A stretch of DNA of 64,000 nucleotides from Vicugna vicugna (taxonomy: Eukaryota): positions 779,986 to 843,985 of the forward strand of contig MU058045.1 in NCBI GenBank assembly GCA_013265495.1, written 5' to 3'. The notes beneath the pieces are model-generated. The model made no database searches, was not told the origin of the DNA, and saw nothing but the letters and a program-made list of their open reading frames with translations. This document shows, one piece after another, positions 61,688-64,000 of the stretch. Every line of letters starts with the position of its first letter. Within the stretch, counting starts at the first letter, position 1. Both the position numbers and the translations under genes were made by a program.

Positions 61688-61805
61688 GGGGGGTGGGTAT
61701 AGCTCAGTGGCAAGGCGCATGCTTAGCAGACACAAGGTCCTGGGTTCCATCCCGAGTACCTCCATTAAAACAATAAACCTAATTACGTCCCCCCTGAAAA
61801 AAAAT
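61688..61805 (+). mobile_element. tRNA-Ala-derived SINE (camelid Vic-1-like)
   Basis: GGGTATAGCTCAGTGGCAAGGCGCATGCTTAGCAGACACAAGGTCCTGGGTTCCATCCC...aataaacctaattac. Confidence 0.85.
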
Positions 61806-61825
61806 AGAAATTTTAAAGTTCTAAA

Positions 61826-62084
61826 AATATGTAAGTACACACATATATTTTTACATAATACATATGTATATATGTACACGTGAGTGTACATACATACACA
61901 TGTATACTTGTATATATGTGCAGTGTGTAAGTACAGCAAGTAATGTATATATATTACATATGTATGTAACATATGTATCTGCATATAACCATGTGTACTT
62001 AAGTATACATATGTGTATGCACTTAGACATATCCATGCATCCACATGTACATGTATGTGTACATGTATGTGCACACACACACAC
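61826..62084. repeat. Degenerate (TA/CA/TG)-rich alternating purine-pyrimidine repeat
   Basis: Long run of TATG/TACA/CA units. Confidence 0.85.
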
Positions 62085-62485
62085 GGCTATGTCCCGAACA
62101 GACCACCAGATGGAGATATAAGCCAGCAGAAGGGGAGACTTCCTCAGACCTTCTCAATGTCCAGATTTTGACAGGTTAGGGTTTTTCTCCCCCGAGAGTG
62201 AGGAGAGAATGTTGAGATAGCTTGCACTGCCCAACCCCGGAAGAGGAGTCGCTCTCTGTCCGTTCCTCTCTTTACTCTTCGCCCCCTCCCTCCGGGTCCC
62301 TGCGAACCTGCCTGTCACTGTAAACCTCCTTGGTGCCTCTCCATAGACCTTTGCCCCACCCGCAAGCTGTGTATTCTTGTTTCTTTCTCCTCCTTTCGTC
62401 TTCCTTCCTTGCCTTTTTCTGTCACGTTTTTCTCTTCCATTGCTCTTTTCCCCTGGAAAAAGATGTTTGATTTTGGCATTTCTTT

Positions 62486-62690
62486 TCTTCTTTATTTTTT
62501 TAAATTGATGTAGAGTCGGTTTACAATGTGTCAATTTCTGGTGTACAGCATAATGTTTCAGTCATCCATACACCTACGTATATTCCTTTTCATCTTCTTT
62601 TTCATTTCTTTCTCTTTCTGGCTTACTTCACTTAGAATGACGATCTCCAGGGCCATCCACGTTGCTGCAAATGGCATTATTTTATTCTTT
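62486..62690 (-). mobile_element. Internally deleted L1 3' fragment with 20-bp TSD
   Basis: TSD TTTGATTTTGGCATTTCTTT (62466-62485) / TTTGATTTCGGCCTTTCTTT (62691-62710); both ends match the 37171 L1. Confidence 0.8.
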
Positions 62691-64000
62691 TTTGATTTCG
62701 GCCTTTCTTTCCTTCCCATGGATTAACTTTGGAAGAAGGGAAATGTTTTTAGTGCCTCTAATCGTCTCCACATAAGTTGTCTTTGCATTTGTGGGTCTTT
62801 GCTGCTGTACTGTCTGCCCTCCACTAATTCCACACCCCTCCCTCCCTGGGGAAAAGACTCATCTTTAATGGGATTTAAAACAAGTTATCAACAAGGTGCC
62901 TGCTCATTAGAACAAGTCAGGCCATCCTGTGGTATAACCCCAAGTTAATACCGTCTCCCCCTTTCTTTCCCTCCAGTCCCGTTCTCCTGAAGCAACCCGG
63001 GTTAACTTGCCCGCATTTGTCTGTGCTCACACAAATATTTACAAATACAGTTACACAGAGATGAGGTTTCCTTTCCTTTTTTTTTTTAATGAAAACAGGA
63101 TTTTACTATACAGATGACTCTGTAATTTACTTTTCTACATCTTATACGTGGGCATCCCTCCAAATCAATAGATCTAACTAAATTCTTTTCTATAGCTATG
63201 TTATTCCACACTATAAATAGGTGGTTATTTTTCCATCCACCGCCCGCTTGATGGATATGGGGATGTTTAGTTTTCTGCCATTACAAACAAGGCTGCGGTA
63301 AATATCCATAAAGAAAGTGGCTTCAATTTCTATAGGACATAGTCCCCTAAGTGGGGTTACTGGGGCAAAAGCACGGGTGTTCAAAGTGTAACAGCTCCGG
63401 CCGTGTCTGTTTCACGGAGTTGGAGCGCTTGACGTTTCCTCTGCCAACGTACGGGAGAGCTGACTGCTCTGCCGCGTAGCTGTCAGTGGGTGTCGCAGAA
63501 CTGGTTGGGTTTTGCTGATGTGATGGGTGAAAAGTGGTATCTTGTTTTGAATTGCAGTCCTTGGCTCCTGGGGTAGTTGTGACTTTTGATGGAGAAAATA
63601 AACAGATTTCTGCATGCATTCGTTTTAAGTTATACAGCCCCTTTGGGAATTGAAAAAGGGAAAAAAAAATCCAGGCCGTGAATAAGCCTGGAAGAAAGAG
63701 GGGTTACCGATACACACTGTATTGTAAGTTAGTTGATTTTTTTAAGACCTCTGTAATACTTTCCACCTTGTGCTTTTTAGAAGTAAAAATTGTAAAGAAA
63801 CTGGAAAAAATATTTTCTGGCTGATGAAAAAGAGAAGATTTTCTGTTCCTCCCCCTCTTCTCTGTTTACCAAGTACTTTTCAAAGACATTATTTTTTTTT
63901 TGACCCTCATAATAATCTTCAAGGTTGGCAGAGAAGGGGTTACTTTTTAGGTTTGCAGGTGAGACTGTCGCTGTGTCCGCGATGGATTAGTGCCAGAAAA

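Noticed and set aside
61652..62121. His/Tyr/Cys-rich ORFs
   Set aside because: Translations of the RY simple repeat and a SINE.
50443..64000. Further STX8 exons (SNARE/TM) or a nested gene in intron 4
   Set aside because: I found no segment with splice sites encoding the expected continuation; the region is mostly repeats.
1..64000. CRISPR array, operon or other prokaryotic system
   Set aside because: Spliced mammalian genes and mammalian repeats throughout; no regular repeat-spacer array.

Overview
Mammalian genomic DNA, most likely camelid (six tRNA-Ala-derived Vic-1-like SINEs). It holds the conserved USP43 - CFAP52 (WDR16) - STX8 cluster. USP43 coding exon 1 lies in a CpG island (minus strand, 3875-4399); the rest of USP43 runs off the left edge. 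CFAP52 is complete on the minus strand: 14 coding exons, 30775 to 6597, 1863 nt = 620 aa + stop, all introns GT-AG. STX8 coding exons 1-4 lie on the plus strand (31625-50442), head-to-head with CFAP52 across an ~850-bp bidirectional promoter; later exons are beyond the right edge. The remainder is intronic repeats (L1, L2, MIR, Tigger, MER5/hAT, MLT, SINEs, microsatellites) and two N gaps. Main signals beyond the gene models: a GT-AG U12-type STX8 intron 3 with a variant donor and a sense SINE carrying AATAAA clusters; a recursive-splice-like junction at CFAP52 exon 11; a compact ETS/X-box/NRF1/GC-box module at the CFAP52 promoter; a decayed RTE-X/L4-like reverse-transcriptase relic in CFAP52 intron 8; and CpG-retaining old repeats that suggest intronic regulatory elements. 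I found no convincing wholly new biological system. Gene and repeat identities are from remembered sequences, not database searches.
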